Part shown: piece by piece, positions 61,901 through 64,000 of the stretch
How the letters are laid out: each line of letters begins with the position of its first letter
Numbering within the stretch: the first letter of the stretch is position 1
From: Piromyces finnis finn
Taxonomy: Eukaryota > Fungi > Neocallimastigomycota
Direction of reading: 5' to 3'
Assembly: GCA_002104945.1 (NCBI GenBank)
Contig: MCFH01000011.1
Span: 62,001-126,000, forward strand
DNA: 64,000 bases
The notes under the pieces: model-generated
The model's database searches: none
Seen by the model: the letters and a program-made list of their open reading frames with translations, nothing else
Told to the model about the DNA's origin: nothing
Program-made: the position numbers and the translations under genes

Positions 61901-63445
61901 TATAATGAAATGGAATTTGGTATCCAGAAATGTTCAACGATGGTGATTCGTCCTGAATCAATAGAAAATCAGAACAAGAGAGATCCAACATTTTACTTAG
62001 CAGGACAACCCATTCCAACTACTGACTGCTACACTTATCTTGGTGTTCCATTTGATAAGAATCTGTCCCTTAAACCAGTAATTAAAGCTCTTAATAACAA
62101 GGTTTTGAAAGGACTTTTCTCAGTCAGTAAATTCTTAAGAAATCCTAATATTCCTATTCCTTTCAAAAAACTAGTACTTAACTCACAAGTGATTAGCAGA
62201 GTTTCATACTTTGCACCATTACTTGGATCCAACAAAGCTAGGTCTAGGATTGCTCAGAAGCATGTTAACAAAGGATTACGATGGGTTGCCGGAGTTCATA
62301 AAGCTGTATCGTTTATATCTTTATACTCTATTTCAAAAGATTTGAATATTCCTCCATTGTCAGCCAAATGTGCGTTAGCTCAGGTTAGATGTTTTAACAA
62401 ATGGAAAAACTCAAATTGTATTATCTCACACCTTGTCAATTACATTCCTAAATTTAGAAAATACACGTGGTGCAAATCAAGTAGGACACTTGATAAAAAA
62501 TTAAAGAAACATGGAGATGTTAAAGCAGTTAAAAACTTTTATTGGAAAGATCTCAAAGGGAATTCAATCAAAGCGCAATATTATGATGATAATAAATTTA
62601 TTGAAACTAAAGATTTTATTAAATTATGTTATGAGTACCCAGAGTTTGCCTATGGCTTCTACTGGCTATTGAAAGCAAGAAGCGGATACAAGTTGGATGC
62701 TAGAGTTGCCAAAGCTGCCAAATTTGTTGATCCAGTTTGTCCTAACTACTGTCCATGTTGCAAGTGTGGAGATCAAAGTATTAAACATTGGTTATTAGAT
62801 TGTCCAACATTTAGAGATATCCGTATTAAACATTATGATTCCATAGTCCAGCTATTAAATTTTTTCAGTCAACGTAATTCCAATAGTCCTATCAATAATA
62901 ATGAAATTGATAATATCAGTAGAGATAGTAATAACATTAATAGTAATAGTAACAATAGTAGTAATAACAATAGTAATAGTAACAATAGTAATAGTAACAA
63001 TAGTAATAATAACAATAATAGAAATAATAATATTAGTAATGATAGCAATAGTGAAGATAATAATTCTAATTTAGATAGTAATTTAGTTAATGATAGTAAT
63101 AGTTCTAATAATCCGGTGAATATTAATGTGTATGATTATTCTAGTGTGTGCAGTAAAATATTTAAATTCCTTCTTGGGGGAAGAAGTTTTAACAATATTA
63201 ATTACAATTCAAGGGAATGGAAAGAACTTTGTAAGCGTCAGATTCAATCTGGTACTAATGAAGGAGCACCATTCTTGACGGTAACCGCGGAACTTCTAAC
63301 CAAAATCATGCCTTTTGCTATTGGCCAGCAATGGTCAATGTTCAAAAGGTTTGAAGCAACATCCAAGAGCGTCAATGCTGAAGAAACAGTAAGACAGGCC
63401 AGGAGGGCCAGCGCAACCAATGGAGATCATAATTTTGTTCCATGA
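58919..63445 (+). CDS. LINE polyprotein: N-terminal extension, APE endonuclease, reverse transcriptase and C-terminal Cys/His knuckle (1508 aa)
   Basis: APE: SWNTNG, FQET, GDYN, IDH, SDH. RT: GPDGIP, YRGISL, QFGFR, FLDLRKAYDSV, GVRQGCPLSPILFN, FADD, YLGV. C-terminal CPCCKCGDQSIKHWLLDC. Confidence 0.95.
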   Translation: MSVLYIKDKNYIRRGTRSYGIPLDDIRSFFIRGIRSWSVNMLWEKLEVILEDKFNSVISVKYFQTFNDHFFLVKVHGSSKDCIKILHMLKKKLSVTSISFSARSRRNHKYTFSTLKRKILVSNKHQHSIQQSFQQSVQQSHQQSDPQLDLQQDLQQVSNHENIPDLQQTQFQSQHSTINSNSSINSDNSSIVDSSSVSQPSSNSSTYSSDASSINNDDFNNNNNNSNDSSSSNKPDNFSFCLSWNTNGWNHEKRDSISYFTAIFKPLFLCFQETGNGSGSNTDYPCRVTLRNYRHFFKKADESVPGMRGLYLGFHNSCQASLENFSGKYIISIYTFSLWNRFKCSIGNVYMPHSHHNIYVDHAKLEVRLWLQTHSSHPSILVGDYNMSKVKLSNWLSTNGLGDWEILPLRGSTISWTRGDQSSDIDHALINSKMKDLIHSGSFINNFYPVSDHKPLLINGKIIPMEDFSNDFNVPKKILKWNRLKCIEEKESIISHNKFQILSAKSNDPNVSTDELSKEFTSTAFSIADELSITSANNVIKSSFHISQQIFNLQKIKMKLYKRFKKERIYDIDEFIKRIKIYRKLIDYIHKRCNEFRKQEYLHWIKTGCEYMKSHNPKKAWKWIKKTAKIGKDSFFIAQPIKNKNGELVVATEEQLDVWHDHFENLASDPSGVSLDLEHWYEEPMNKRFSLPMLDEWDINQDISIDEVKSAILSTPNYKASGPDGIPIEFYKALVPSSNDSNNATDNNSSGNTTSDNDAHGLNFILKLFNRIWDGDFPNSWNESSIVSIPKKGDLTDCDNYRGISLINNGIKLISKIVTTRISEYGLKNNFIRPEQFGFRKKEESISLFISIQEICRRRQLDNKETYLAFLDLRKAYDSVPIGNILHKLDCLGIRGKSLQFIKNLYLTSKANVKLDGQFSKSFDVKKGVRQGCPLSPILFNLFINDIFRECEDLGVSLGDTRCCGGLFADDIVICAPTRGCLKKMLRRVNEWALYNEMEFGIQKCSTMVIRPESIENQNKRDPTFYLAGQPIPTTDCYTYLGVPFDKNLSLKPVIKALNNKVLKGLFSVSKFLRNPNIPIPFKKLVLNSQVISRVSYFAPLLGSNKARSRIAQKHVNKGLRWVAGVHKAVSFISLYSISKDLNIPPLSAKCALAQVRCFNKWKNSNCIISHLVNYIPKFRKYTWCKSSRTLDKKLKKHGDVKAVKNFYWKDLKGNSIKAQYYDDNKFIETKDFIKLCYEYPEFAYGFYWLLKARSGYKLDARVAKAAKFVDPVCPNYCPCCKCGDQSIKHWLLDCPTFRDIRIKHYDSIVQLLNFFSQRNSNSPINNNEIDNISRDSNNINSNSNNSSNNNSNSNNSNSNNSNNNNNRNNNISNDSNSEDNNSNLDSNLVNDSNSSNNPVNINVYDYSSVCSKIFKFLLGGRSFNNINYNSREWKELCKRQIQSGTNEGAPFLTVTAELLTKIMPFAIGQQWSMFKRFEATSKSVNAEETVRQARRASATNGDHNFVP

Positions 63446-63683
63446 CAAAATTTTGATCTTTGGCTCGGTGTCCCATTGGAAGTCAAATACAATTATTATA
63501 CTTTAGTATGATAGTGGCTTTCTTACTTTAATTAAAATTACTAGAATACATTATACCCAAATTTTATTCATTTGTGTTTAATTAAACATATTTTTTTTTA
63601 TTTTTATTTTTATTTTTAATTTTTTTATTACATGTATTATAATTTTAATTAAATTAATAATAAAGTTTAAAATATTTGATGCC

Positions 63684-63734
<51 letters not shown>

Positions 63735-63739
<5 letters not shown>

Positions 63740-63747
63740 ATTTCAAA
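63735..63747 (+). repeat. 3' target-site duplication of the LINE (AAACCATTTCAAA)
   Basis: Matches 58016..58028. Confidence 0.85.
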
Positions 63748-64000
63748 TGGTATAAATAGGATTTAAGAATTTAATTCTCTTGATGTTTTATTATTATTAT
63801 TTTTTTTTAATCTTTAATTTTTATAAAAATTATCCTATGGTAATATAGTAATTCAATTCGTTGTTGTTGATAGTAAAATTATTTGTTGATAGTAAATCTT
63901 TTTTTTTTATGTTATGAATGTATAAATGTATTTTTTTTTGTTTGGTTTTGTTTTGCTTACCTATTCTATTTAAATTTATGTTTTTACGCTTTGTATAATT

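Larger units (their letters stand above)
58029..63734 (+). mobile_element. Full-length non-LTR retrotransposon (LINE), ~5.7 kb, single ORF
   Basis: Bounded by a TSD; ~890-nt 5' region, intact APE-RT ORF, AATAAA at 63659-63664 and an A run at 63687-63737. Confidence 0.93.

Overview
Extremely AT-rich, intron-rich eukaryotic DNA with abundant Asn/Gln microsatellite-coded proteins. It most resembles an anaerobic gut fungus (Neocallimastigomycota); this is inferred from composition, short GT-AG introns and gene content. Reconstructed by hand: 13 host protein-coding genes. These are a SETD6/Rkm-like methyltransferase, a SCY1-like pseudokinase with a huge WDFxDDF-repeat tail, Med4, a Rrn11/TAF1A-like protein, a NIPA/Rsm1/Pml39-like zinc-finger protein, Mago nashi, ACBP, an F-box/LRR protein with a prion-like N-terminus, an orphan UBZ protein, an NSUN6-like m5C methyltransferase, a small two-EF-hand protein, an SH3-DH-PH RhoGEF and an intronless bacterial-looking SAM methyltransferase. 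The window also holds two identical SRP RNA (7SL-like) genes forming a 506-bp inverted repeat around Mago and ACBP, and a full-length, intact-looking single-ORF LINE with target-site duplication, poly(A) tail and tandem structured 5' monomers. Several real genes (Mago, ACBP, EF-hand, SRP RNA) are missing from, or only fragmentary in, the supplied ORF track. Exon boundaries were assigned by eye and should be confirmed with RNA-seq.
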